NCBI GenBank assembly: GCA_035084275.1
Contig: CM068757.1
Span: 6,386,001-6,450,000, forward strand
Reading direction: 5' to 3'
Length of the DNA: 64,000 nt
Source: Hydrolagus colliei
Taxonomy: Eukaryota
The notes under the pieces were generated by a model. It had not been told where the DNA came from. It did not search any database and saw nothing but the letters and a program-made list of their open reading frames with translations. Of this stretch, positions 51,508-64,000 are shown one piece after another. The translations under genes and the position numbers were made by a program. The first letter of the stretch is position 1. The number at the start of each line of letters is the position of its first letter.

Positions 51508-53600
51508 ACAGTAACTCACAGATACCCACCCCTGCGTCAGTATGGTAACATATAACATCTCTCACACCCTAAGGGTCCTGTGCCATCCAACGTCTTGCAC
51601 ACTCACGGTGTGTGAGAGATGCTATATGTTGCCTAGGCATAACCACATCGATCGCAGTCAGCCTCAGACCTTTCTGTCCCGTTGGCAAGCCTCCAGTGAA
51701 ATTGTAAACCTCGGCTATAAAAAGGACACTGACAGGTGTGTGGCATTTGCTCCCAATGGGTCGTACTCAGCATGAACCATCTGATAAAGGGAATATTTTA
51801 CTTGCAGCACATGTATTCCCTCCCAGTCGAGGCTGGTATCTTCCCCCTCCCCACCCCTGGTTGAATTGCCTGCTTCTGGCACTCAAGGTCCAGGTTGCAC
51901 AAACGCACCCAGAAAATAAAAATCACTATTCCTGAGAAAGATTTGCACCAAATAGTGTATGATCGTATTATATCCTCCACTGCTTCCTTACATCAGCACC
52001 TGCCTTACCAAAGACATAAATACAAAGGAACAGATTGAGCTGCAGCCAACGGGGTGTCTCATTATCAAAGACCAAGCCGCAAAACTTCCGACCAGCTCAA
52101 AGCAGGTCAGCGATCATCAGTATAAGACTTTTTAAAATAAAGTACCTGTCAAGTTTCTCTCCCCCCACCCACCCCCGCCCTAGGAAAGTCAGATTGACTG
52201 ATAACCCAATCAAATATTTTTTCTAGAAAGAAGAAGAGCACAGAATACCACACACTGCAGAACCTTACAGAATAAACTGACTCGACTCGTTGTATCAGTT
52301 TCAGTATTTCATTTGAGGCAGAAAAGGTCAGACACGTTGGATAAACAACTCTGGATGAAAGACTGGATATCTTCTTCAGCAAGGCAAAGGAAGCAAACTG
52401 ACAAAAGAGCTCATTGGCTTTGAAAGCTGCTTCAGACCTTACTGAAGATTTCCTCGGTGCCAATGAGTGAATATAGTGAGAGCTGAGGAATGTGCAGCTG
52501 AACACTGCCCATAGTTTATGGCAATGACTAAAATCCAATCCATTCAGGTCAAAATTTATTCCAACTACATCTAACACCTTGGCCTTTCAGATATTGGAGG
52601 ATGTCTCGCTAGTTCTTTTGGGAACCTCCTCCATAGATTGTCTCTGTGCAGAGGTCATGTGCAAACAGTTTGACAAGGTTTGCTGCTCAGTTCATATTGA
52701 GAGACAGAAAATACTTTCTCCCCGGACAGGAAGTGAGTTTCTTCAACGATGAATTTGGCTCCTTTGACACAATATTCAGTACATTAAAAAACCTCCCCCC
52801 CACCCCACCACTCTTATCAGATGCAGGACAGAATCAAGCATTATGATTGCCTGCACAATGTGAATTGGGGTGACACAGACTAACATTAATCGGCACTGTT
52901 AAGTTTATTTTTAAAGAATAAGAGGCGGCCTTTTATTCAGTCTTTGCAGACACGTCTGAAATGACACAGGTGGAAAACTGGATATAGAAAAACTCGTATC
53001 AGACTGGTATGTGTATAAATCTGTCCGTCCCATTGAATTTCCTATAACTTTGGCAAGTTTCATATAACTCATACTTTGTATGTCATATTAATTGTATGAT
53101 ACGACGTACAACAACAACAAAATTACATTTGTGTAGTGCCTTTTACGTCCCAAGGCGCTGAAGGTTTAGTGTACCAGATGCAGGCGAAAATGGCCATTGG
53201 CCAACATCCAGTTTTCTTGTGGTGGGAGAGCATGCTCCCAGGTCTCCAGTAATGCTTCCCTGAGCAGTGCACATGGGATAGGGAGGATTGCACGCATGGA
53301 TGATAGGCTGGAGTTAGTGAATGCTACATCTCGTAATGCACTGAAATAAAGCTCAGGATCACAGCAGCTGTGGTTTGAGGTGCAGCCAGGGCACCTGGGG
53401 CCTGTTTCTGACTGCGAAAGATTCTATTCAGATGGCATAGATACCGGTCGAGGCAGATTAGTACTATAATTGTAAAGAGGAATTTGAAAACTTGGTACTT
53501 AGAGAGAGTGAGAGTGTGTAGTATGAGTTGAAGCAACTTATCTGCCTAGTTTTAATAGCGGTTGCATTAGTGTTCCTCAGTATCAAATTAATGTTGACTC

Positions 53601-53765
53601 AATTGGTCACCCAATCCACCGTTGTGTGTAATTGGCTGCCACATTTCGCCCACAAAATTGTCAATCGATTTTACAATACATTCTGTGAAGCGCATTGAGA
53701 CATCTCAACGACATGATAAGGCTCTATACCACATGCAAGGATTATTTATTATTATTATTTTTATT
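53601..53765 (+). mobile_element. SINE 3' half
   Basis: aattggctgccacatttcgcccacaa...atgcaaggattatt. Confidence 0.82.
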
Positions 53766-54654
53766 ACAACACATGAAGCAGCACAACACGGGAGTGTACC
53801 ACAAATGTACAAACATCAAGCAAAGCGAGAAGCCGGGAGATTGACCCTCGAGGCGATCACTTACATTTTCTGCGCTCCTGGATATTTTACTGCGTTTGAA
53901 AACACCTGATTTCTGCCTGTTCTTGCCCCCAACCACAAACACCCTCCCGCCACCCCAGATACAAATGTATTTAAAGAAAGTAATTTCTTACTGTTCCTAA
54001 TAGAAACTGCAGTGGAGATGGGCTTTTTTTCTTTCGAAACGGGCAATGAGGCCCCGCATTTCAATCATGACATTCAAACCAGCGAGCGAGATTGTGCCAC
54101 AGATTCATATTGCCGAGACACTAAGCTTCATTTCACAGTGGGTTACAGGGAAATAGCATATGCTGAACATATTATACTGTGGGAGCGTATCAAAGAGTTC
54201 AGATAAGGTCATAAAACATGAGCAGTTTATCAATATCATCTGAAACCCACGAGATGTGCTACCGCCTTGAAACATATCCCTACGTATTCATTTATGTTTT
54301 ATAATACATAAAGATGATTGAAATACTTACCGGAGGCAGAAATTGGGAAACAAGAGATAACTGAGCTCAAGAGTTATTACGGAATCTGCAAAATACAGCA
54401 TGAACCATATAATAGTGATACCAGGCTTTACGCGATAGAGGAAATGTCATCCTCGGTACATCTTGTCTGCAATAGAGTGAAGACCCGTGCGTCCCCATGT
54501 TTAAACAACTCAATAAAACTGGGCCGCGCTGGTGTATTAAAGTGATGATTGTCGTTCATTTGCTTACGCTGCCGAGGCTTGGAACACAAATACATTGAAT
54601 GCAGACCGAGAGCATTCAAGACACTGCAGTTCAGTGGATATTAAAAGAATAAAA

Positions 54655-54905
54655 AAGAATGGCAAAAGAACCGGAGGGGAAATGAGGAGATTTTTTTTTT
54701 TACGATTAACAGTAAACTACTGTTAATATGAAAGAATGGTGGAAGCAGATTCAATAATAACTTTCAAAAGGGAATTGAAAAACACACTTGAAAAGCAAAA
54801 AATTGCAAGGCGGAGAAAACGCAGGAGAGTGGGACTAATGCTCTTTCAAAGAGCCGGCACAGGCACAATGGGCCGAATGGCCTCCTTCTGTGCTATAGGA
54901 TTCTA
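54655..54905 (+). mobile_element. CR1 LINE 3' end
   Basis: gtggaagcagattcaataataactttcaaaagggaattg...atgggccgaatggcctccttctgtgct is a typical CR1 3' UTR (recalled). Confidence 0.8.
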
Positions 54906-55549
54906 AGCATTATCATCCTCTGCACTACAGAAACACCCAAAGCACAGATACAGGCAAAACAAATAATGAGAATGTTAACCACAACACCTCCAGTAAATCT
55001 AATTTGAAAAAAACTCCTGCATATAAAATTTCAGTTCACACACTGTGATCCTCAAAATTCCATAGTATCGCAATTATAATATTAACATTAAATGATACAT
55101 TTGACCTGGAGCCTTTCAGACAGGAAGTGACTCACCATCCGTAATGAAATGTTTTTCTTTGGCTGGAAAAAGTTCACATCGGAGAACACTCGTCCGAGGT
55201 TACGGTAAAGGTCTGATCGATGTCAGGGCTGAGTTTGCAGAGACCCTTATTCTCCGCAACCGCTTAAACTATAACCTAACATAGACCCTGCAGCAGCCTC
55301 CCTAACGTCAACCAGTACAAAATATACCCAGATTTATATATAATTAGTTGGTTGATGAACATTTATATACTGTGTATAAAAAATGAGTATACTTCGATGT
55401 TCAACCCTGACCTAGGTAGGAAGTCTTGAGACAGACCTTGAAAAATGGGAAGGAAGGACGGACAAACGGATTGTTTGATCGATTCCGGGTGGTTTTTTCA
55501 GAGAGCTAAGGCAGCTAGGCTGAAAGTGAATGCAAAATACTGAATCTGA

Positions 55550-55728
55550 AGCAAAAACAAATCACCGGGAGCACTCAGGAGGTCAGGCAGCATCTATAGA
55601 GAAAGGAAAGTGTGTCAACGTTTCGTCAGCACTCAGACCCTGATGAAGGATCGTGGACCCGAAACAATGATGCAGTTTCCTTTCTCCATAGATGCTGTCT
55701 GACCTGCTGAGTGATTTGTGTTTTTGCT
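55550..55728. mobile_element. Palindromic non-autonomous element (Penelope-related by inference) with a hammerhead-like core
   Basis: Arms cactcaggaggtcaggcagcatctatagagaaaggaaa / tttcctttctccatagatgctgtctgacctgctgagtg flank ctgatga-aggatcgtggaccc-gaaac. Confidence 0.75.
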
Positions 55729-56364
55729 ATAATGTGAAGTTGGCTCCAGTATAAAGTGAAGTGGTTAAACAGGTCTTTAATAAGCCCACTTCTAACCTGC
55801 TTCATGTAGGCAGCAAAGTGTATATTTTAATAAAACAGAACAAGTGAAGGAGAACTAAACAATGGTTCGTAATAAAATTTAACCTTTTAAAATTGACAAG
55901 CCACTAATTTATCCATGCCTGGCTGCAGTTTTTACAGGCAAGCTATATATGGATTCAGCCTTCGTATTAAATACTTCTACTCAGTTAGCCCACGCTATGG
56001 ATTTTAGCTTGTCGTTCATGCAGACAGTTGCTCTGCCTAGACTATCAGATGATGAGTACACTAAATAAATTCTGAATGACTACCTCTTCCCCATTGTAGT
56101 CCAGTTCAGTCCTATCAAGTGTTTTTTTCCATTACCATTTTAATTATCAAGTGTGAAAGGGATGAAGTATAAGGATGACTAGATAAAATTGGCTCTTGAA
56201 AACATTAAAAAGAAGCATCTCAGTAAAGATCGTAAAATCTTGATATATACTGGCTGTGAAAGTAAACTCAGATGCACTAAAGTAGGAGGACCACAGATTC
56301 AATACAAAAACATTACAATACAAAATTATATTTATATAGAGCCTTTCACGTCAAGAGGATTCAG

Positions 56365-56610
56365 GGTTTTGGAGGCAATTTCAGGGCAGACAGCAGAAAT
56401 ATATTTATTTACACGAAGGTTAACTAGCAACTGGAACAGCATTCCTGGGAAACTGATCTGAATCCGGAGATATTAAATTTATTTAAGTAACAACTCCATG
56501 CTGTAATGGTTAGACAGTAGGGTACCTACTCAATTGGGTGAGTAGGTAACCTGGAAGGATACTTCAAATGGTCCAAAGGGTTTTCTTCATTCAAAGCCTC
56601 TTGTGATACT
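56365..56610 (+). mobile_element. Degenerate CR1 LINE 3' fragment
   Basis: YLFTRRLTSNWNSIPG resembles CR1 ORF2 FFT.RV...WN.LP; ends in a CR1-like tail. Confidence 0.6.
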
Positions 56611-58671
56611 CAAAAAAGAGAAATATGTATACTATTTTCTCCTTTTATTTGGAAGAAAGTGACTGTATATTTTATAACATAGCCCTGCAAATAAAACAAC
56701 ACCAGAAGGTAGATTTGCCAGAACAGATAGTACTGTAATAAGAATAATGCACAAATGGAAAAACACAAATACATAACTGTGCAGAATGTAATTGCAGTGA
56801 ATAATCTCCAGTTTATTTAGTAGCTCTATATGTGAAGGTGAGAAGTAATCTTTCTGTACACTGAAAACTTGATGCACTTCATTGAAATTGCCTCCAAATC
56901 ACTCAATATCTAAAGTAGTTTTTGTTCAACACCAAACCCCCCCAAAAAGCTGTTTTCATCATCTGAAATATTCTTCATTAGGTTTGTTCCATTTGGCGTT
57001 TTGACAAAATACACCCACTCTGTCTTGTGGTACTTTCAAAAGCTTTCACTCCTCCTATAAAGCCATACCCTAATGTTGCCCTGTTTACAGAAACAACACG
57101 AATTCATGAGAATATTCAGAGGACTCGGTTGCCTCTGATCAGATGCTATCGGAAATTGCTGGTTTGTTGCCTAGCAACTATAAGATTCCAACAAAGCACT
57201 GAGCTAAGAGTTTGAGAAAATAGCCCATTATCCCAAGAGGATAATGGTTAAGAAAATCAAGTGTTTTTGGTGGGGGGGGTTGTTTAAAGTTGTGCATTTT
57301 GATAATGGATGGTGTAGTTCCATTGATCATTTGAAACTCACTTTGTAAATAAAATTTTCTACAGCTTTAAACAACTCGAACTATAGTTAGTGAGCTGGCT
57401 TCTCCTCTCCCTCGCTGACTCTCCATCAGCCCTGGAAAGTAAGAGAGCAGATGATTGCTGACCACCTGAACAGTTCCCGCCTTTGCACCCGGTGACAAAG
57501 GTGACTAGGCGAACTGGTCTCGAACCTTGCGTCAAGAAAAACAAACTAGATGCTATTGCGACGTTGAGGAGAGGAACTTTGTCGGAGCAAAGTAGCTTCC
57601 ATCTGGTAGCCTGCTACTGGAGTAATTTACATCCACGTTGATTCAGAAATGTGACCCAGAAGGAGGGTGAAAAGGCAGAGGGTGGGGGTGGAGAAAGAGA
57701 GGGAGAGTACATATGAAGATACACTATACCAATCAACCACAGTATTATGATTGAACAAGATCAGAATCTGACCACTGACCGAGGTCGGGGAAGGTAAGGG
57801 AGACAGAATGTAGAGGCATGTTGGAGATGGGACTGAATTAAACATCTTGAAATACATCCACAGAGTGGTGTACCTGATTTCCTTATGGTATCAGAACACA
57901 CGCCACCTGTGAGAAGAGCTGATCAAATGGCAAATGTAACGCAAAGTTGAAAAATCTCTTCCTGTCTCACTGTGCAGTTGGTGAAACCACTTGGGCAAGA
58001 AACTTTGCGAAACAACAACTTTGTCCCAAATGCTGCAAATAGTTGTTATCTCACTACTCTGTCTCACTGCATTCTGCAATTGCCTCGGTTGACAATCTGG
58101 TGATGATATTTATGTTCTAAGACTGCTGAACAAACATGGATGACACTGTGTACAGTGGGCTGAATGCTCGGATGTCAAACAGCACTCAGGCTTTTGCTGT
58201 TGCAGATCAATCACAGTCCTGCTATTTACTTTTTGTGTCATTCTTCTGCCTGACATTTGGCAAAACACACACTCTCTCTGTACGTACCAGCATCACAGTT
58301 CACCATCCTTGCAACCCTCTATTCCCTAATGACTGTCTAATAGCGATCTATTAATAACAAAAGCACAAACAAAACGAAAATTAAAAATCATCAGCGTGAT
58401 GGATACATTTTATTTAAATTCTTGAATACCAATATATAACCACGCCATTTATCTTCTTTGGCTAGGAATGAATGCTTCCATTCCTGGCTGTTCAAATTTC
58501 ATTCAATAAAAGGATGAGGTGCCTACTGCAAATAGAGCAGGTTAAAACTCAGCAATTTCAGTGTTTATTTTAATAATAAGAGTTACCAGCAGCAGCTTAA
58601 TTAGGAACACGATTCCATGCAGCCTGTTAACTGTGGAGGGAGCACAGTCTCTTCTATGTTTCAATTTGCTT

Positions 58672-59045
58672 TCAGCCTGACCCAGATGGTAGCTCTCTCA
58701 CTTATTAGTCAGGAGATTGTGGGTTCAGGTCCCAGTTTAGGACTTGGAATCACATCGTCTAAGCTGACATCCATTGCAGTGCTGGCGGGTGTTGTATTGT
58801 CAGACGTGCCGTCCTTTAGATGAGACGTTAAACCGCGGTCCCTGTTCAGGAGATGTTAAAGACTCTTTGAAGGAAGAAAGGAGTTTCTCCCAGTATTCTG
58901 GCCAACATATCCTCCAAATAAAATTGCTCACTCAGCCCACGACCGTTTGTGGGACATTACTGTTGTGTTTTGGCTTCAAAATGAACGGTCAATTCACTAT
59001 GCAGTACATTCCGTGAAGTAATTTGAGACGACTCAATGACATGAA
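58672..59045 (+). mobile_element. DeuSINE (SacSINE1-like)
   Basis: tcagcctgacccagatggtagc...gtgggttcaggtccca...gtgccgtcctttagatgagacgttaaaccgcggtcc...gatgttaaaga; core and tail. Confidence 0.8.
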
Positions 59046-59052
59046 TCATTGT

Positions 59053-59454
59053 GGAGTCCCAGCGCCTTGGGACGTCCTCCTGATGTGAAAGGCGTTATAC
59101 GAGTGTAATTTTTGTTGTTGTCGTTAAAGCATTCAGTGGTTAAAGCACTCGCCTCGCAAGCGAGAGACATGGGTGTGAATCCTGGCAGGTCAGGCAAGTT
59201 TTCTTACTCCACATGTCTGATAGTAATCCCTCAAGAAAAGAAAACAATAAATAACAATTTGGTAACTCAATCCACAACTGCGTATGAGACGCTGCTGTGC
59301 GCAATTGGCTGCCGTGTTCGCCCACAAAATGTACGAACAATTCACTTTACAGTATATTCCGCGAAGCGCTTTGAGATGTCTGGAACACATGAAAACTGCT
59401 ATATCAAATGCAAAGATTATTATTATGATAAGGAGCTTTCTCAAATGCAAGGGC

Positions 59455-59484
<30 letters not shown>
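59053..59484 (+). mobile_element. tRNA-derived SINE with its head split by a (TTG)-tailed stub (~59061-59125) and a duplicated tail
   Basis: ggagtcccagc | stub | tcagtggttaaagcactcgcc...; tcaaatgcaa occurs twice before (TTA)n. Confidence 0.85.
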
Positions 59485-59486
<2 letters not shown>

Positions 59487-62400
59487 CAGCAACACTTACT
59501 CCCAAGCTGCGCTAGTTCCAAGGAAAAACAAACTAAAGTCGCAGGTTGGTTGTACTCTGCTTTTCCTACAACACTGTTAATTTTTAATTCAACTCCAAAC
59601 TACCCCTGCATGGTTTGTATTGGTAAATTGTTCCATTCGTGAATTTTAAAAAAAGGTCAGGTGAACTACTCTTTTTCCAAAACCTTTAAAATCTTTGCAC
59701 TTTGATCCAATGAAAGTTGTACTTTGACAAGGAAACGTTATGTCGCTTGTTCGATAGACATCTGTCCAGGCAATGGAGCTCTGGGTACACTGGGTACAGT
59801 GGAAGAACATAAATCTAGGTCACAGTTCACACTGCAAACTGATTAATTCATGGCCTTCTTATCTGAATAATAGATTAAAGTGCTGTGGATAATTGATCAT
59901 TGGCCCTTAAGAAGAAATATCATCAAACAAATGGAATGTGTAGCAAAAATTGTTTCCCACATAATACGCATTCAACAGAGAAGAACATCACATTCCTACC
60001 ACCTTTTCATCATTCAGAATATTGTCTTATTGAATGTAAACTAACATTCTGACAAGCTGGTCTGACAAATGAAGACAAGCACTCAAAGCTGTGCTGGGAC
60101 AGAATGGAAAAGTCCAAAAGAATAACGAAGAGCTAGTAGGTGAATCCAGACTTTTAAGCTTCAATGCTCATCCTAGCATGAAGAGTTAGGGATTGATTTA
60201 CTGCGAAATGTATTGAACTTGCTGAACACTTGGCAATCAATACAGGCTGTACAATAGTCTACATTATAAATACCTTGCCCCAAATTTCAACTCTCCTGGG
60301 TAACTATACCAAAAATAGCTTAATGGATTCTTCTCAACCTCCATAACCACATCCCCCGCTCTACACTTTGATGGTAATGATGATTTCTCATAATTGTGGA
60401 AGTAATTCTGCCAATGCAGGTTTACACTCTAGTTTCTTACACTGTCATTATTTCTAAAGTAAACTATAACTCTTTGCTTGCAAGTCTCTGCGTGTGCAAG
60501 ATAGTATGGTGGCGAGTTCACCTAAAAACTTGATTTAACCGTAATTTCACTGTAAAAAAAAGGCCTAAGATACGAGAAAGGTGCTGTATTTTGAACCACC
60601 AGAGCAGACAGTCACTAGCTCGTGATGAGTTGCTGCAGTTGATATGGCATTTTACATGTTCGGGGCTGGTGCTCAAGTATTACTGGATGTACCCAAGTTT
60701 CTGCAGAAGCACAATTGGATTAATGCATCCTCAGTGAAAGTGCAGTGTGGTTCCATTGATTTACTCTTGTTATGCAAAGAGTGGGCGTTCTTTTTGGAAA
60801 AAGCTATTCACAGCACATTACGGACAGAAAGGAGGTTACTGCAGAGATTCCCGGAGCGTTGACCTTCAATGTCTTGAGCAATTGAGCGCTTTTTCTGTCT
60901 ATTGACATTTTCAAACCTCCACTGTCATCAATTTGAGAAGGTAATATTTTACAAAATGTTGCTCTGCAGCCAGTCCTTGTACATAAACATGCACAGTTAT
61001 CAAAGATTCAGAGTACTTCACAACTCGCGCAGGACACTCGTGTGTTTTCAACATTATTCTATCAGCTGGCTGAATCTGTAAGGTTCTTTACCAATTTGCT
61101 TAGCATCCTTACCCTCCCAAGTGGAATTGCAATTCATTTCGTCAACCGCTGAACCATAGGATCTTGACACCACAAGCTCCCCCAAGGTAATAATTCCGTG
61201 GGGTAAAATGCAATCACTTTAGATCAAGATATGGAAAGGACAGGCTGTGACTTCCTGTGATAATGTGGAGAAACTCAGAGAAGCAATCTTGTGGCTTAGA
61301 TGTGTAATATTTGATTTGTCTACAAATCCATTCATTATTCAGCGTTTCATAAAGCAAACTATATTATAACCTGCCTCATCTGTATCAGTGGACAGCAGAA
61401 TGGGAATGGATTACTCTGCATGATTGGATGGTGATGTGATCAGGGTAAAGGCGACAGATTAGTTTAAATGATAATGCCAGGAATCGCTCAAGGTTTTGAT
61501 GATCTAGAATTGATCTGTTTACTATCTTATAGAACCGAATTTAGAGTAAAAAAACGATTTCATTTGTACGTCCTTGAAATTTATCATAAGGAATTTCCTC
61601 AACAGGACGGAAAACAGCATTTATCTCATAGTGCTTAATTCCCTCAAAATATTAGACTAACACATGCCAGAGACAATTTCCACGGAAGTGATAGAATGAG
61701 CCTCATCAGAAAGGCGTGATCACCCAATGCTGAACAATAGGCCCACATTGCAATATTTTGCAATTCCTCCTTCAGTGACTGAAGTGACACAAACCATTTC
61801 TGCTACCCGTTGCCACATCTGCTCCTTTGCACAGGTTATGAAATTAAATTCTAGTCTTTCCAGATGGTATTTGTTCACTGTAAATTACCTAATATTTACA
61901 ATTACAGGTTGTGGCATTTGCTGACTCACTGGAGGGCGCAACACATGTCATTACAGATGTATCTTTACTCTGCAGGGATGTAAACTACCGTATTGTGAAA
62001 CTGGGCAGGATGGTAAATTTGGAGGCAAGACATGGAACATGTGCTGGAAATTGCGACCTTTTCTAACATGAGCACTGACGAATTGGAAATACTTCAGATC
62101 TAGATTGAATGCACTTTTGAATTTACCAGGTGTGGATCCATCAATTTCTAGTCCAATCCTTTGTCAATCACCCAATTTCATTTAGAGGTCTTTGCCACCC
62201 AAGTCTTCACTGTGTTAAGATTCTCTCAATCCTGAGCTTTGCACACAGTGAATCACAGGAATGTGAAAGGCCTAGCCCTTAATTAAATAAATCCATTAAA
62301 TACACACTGGGCACTTCCCAAGAGTTTACAAATAAAACCTCTGCAGAATGCAGATAGAAGCAAGTTTAAATCCACTTTTACCAGCCAAGAATTTTAACGC

Positions 62401-64000
62401 CACAATCACAGTCCTTAGGATACACAACTTTTACATTTTTGTTAAACTTCATCAAAGCAGACCATTTCTTTTATGCCCTTTTTAAAAAAAATTACTTAGT
62501 CAATGGATTAAACAAATGACTCCATTACCTTTTCTAACCTGCAATCATTTGTTGTCATTGGCTAACGATAATACAGTATATGTAGTGCAGGACATAATCA
62601 CAGTTCTTAAAGGGAGCCCTGTTGCTTTGGTGAATTAAGACATTCTAGCATCCTGTGCACAGGAGAGCAAACACACTGCGGAGGGAGTTTATGTTTCATT
62701 GATAGCTGACAATTTACACTGGTTTGCATCTTTACACAATAATTTCCTTTGACTTTGTAAAGATGGATTCAAGATCACTGCTTTCAGTGATTATCTTGAG
62801 ATGGACTCCAATGATACCAGCATCACCATTCATTAACTCAATTGTTCAAATAAGTAGTGTAGCGGTAACTCTGTTGGGAATTTTGTATTTTACCTCCTGC
62901 CATCGAATTGGAAAACATTGCACTTTTGAAACCCCGTTTGCAGCATCTCTTTTCAATATTCCTTTAAACTATTGCATGCCATAATTCACCAATATAAATT
63001 AGTGTTCCTTTCAAAATCAACTATGGTGAATTTAACTATATGACTGACAACATCCACCCACTATCTTGATTGCTCAACTGGCTCATTTGCTAGTGTCATA
63101 CTTTTCAGTTCCACTATCCACTTAGACGGAAGAAATATGGACATTCGGGCCTTGGTTATGAAAGTCTTAGCCTTTCTAATTTACTTAATTTTTGTTATTA
63201 AACAAGTTGGCCAGTATTGTAGTTTAATGACCTGAGGGGATACAAGATAATGATAAATTATGGTTAATTATGGCCAAATTATGGATATCAAGGTAGAAAC
63301 ACAAACATTCCTAACTAGATTAATTGGCAGAAACTCCTGTTAATAATTGAGACATTAAGTGTTTTAATAGACTCAGGTGTTTGAAAGATTAGTTGCATGA
63401 TATTTTTCTTACACTTGTGGGTATGCTGGGCCCACCTAGGCAGTATATTAGAGTAAGAAAGACCTACATCCAACACTCGCAAACAAATTACAACCCCCAG
63501 CAAGTACTGGAGAATCACAGTCAAATATCCACCTCTTTACAAAGTAACAGGAGAAAGAAGACTGTATAGGTGAACGGCAGAACTATGTTGTGTGCACCTC
63601 AACGATGACTCCGGATTCAAGTGTAAGAATAATAATTCAAAATATAAACCTGTCAGATCCATCATTTGCTATCAATGAATTGGAAGTTACTAGCATAACC
63701 TGGCAAATCGAATGCAACAGAAAGCCTAATTGCAAATGCAAAATTGAAGTATTCCTGCCACGCGGACAAAGATATCCAAAACAAGCTTTAATTAATACTA
63801 ACATAAGGGGCTGCAGAGCTCCACGCGCATCGCTGGTGCCTCCCACTGCACTAGAAAGGTCAACTGATACAAGTTACATAACCAGAGTGAGCACATCAAG
63901 ATACAACCGTACATGGAGCACTTTTGACAAGAGTTAGTTAGCTGCCTTGGGTTCTGACGAGTATAATAAATGAGTTTGCCTTAATGTTTTAAAATTAATT

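Noticed and set aside
52149-52577. ORF containing LDFSHCH, resembling BRSK2 exon 4 (LDFCHSH)
   Set aside because: The surrounding residues do not match and there are no fitting splice sites, so this is a chance similarity.

Overview
Eukaryotic (vertebrate) genomic DNA. The whole window lies inside one large minus-strand gene, BRSK2 (SAD-A, AMPK-related brain-selective Ser/Thr kinase). I traced twelve GT-AG exons with consistent splice phases. They correspond to human coding exons ~5-15 plus the known 66-nt cassette exon, and cover the kinase C-lobe, UBA and Pro/Ser-rich linker. No upstream exon (YLVLEHVSGGELFDY...) was found in 30086-64000, so that intron is at least 33.9 kb. The exon after ...ESSPE was not found in 1-1475. 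The introns carry about 20 copies or fragments of one tRNA-derived SINE, older DeuSINE-like copies, CR1 LINE 3' fragments, a Tigger-like MITE and a palindromic element with a degenerate hammerhead core. This repeat content suggests a cartilaginous fish, possibly a holocephalan such as Callorhinchus (inference). Nearly all ORFs in the supplied track are spurious. The most notable observations are a 124-134 aa in-frame alternative 3'-splice-site extension of the Pro-rich exon, a ~123-bp intronic inverted repeat with G-U-compatible changes biased to the transcribed strand, the hammerhead-like palindrome, an apparently chimeric SINE and a near-consensus REST/RE1 site. Exon coordinates are exact from splice sites. 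Repeat boundaries are approximate and family names come from recalled consensus sequences, not a database search.
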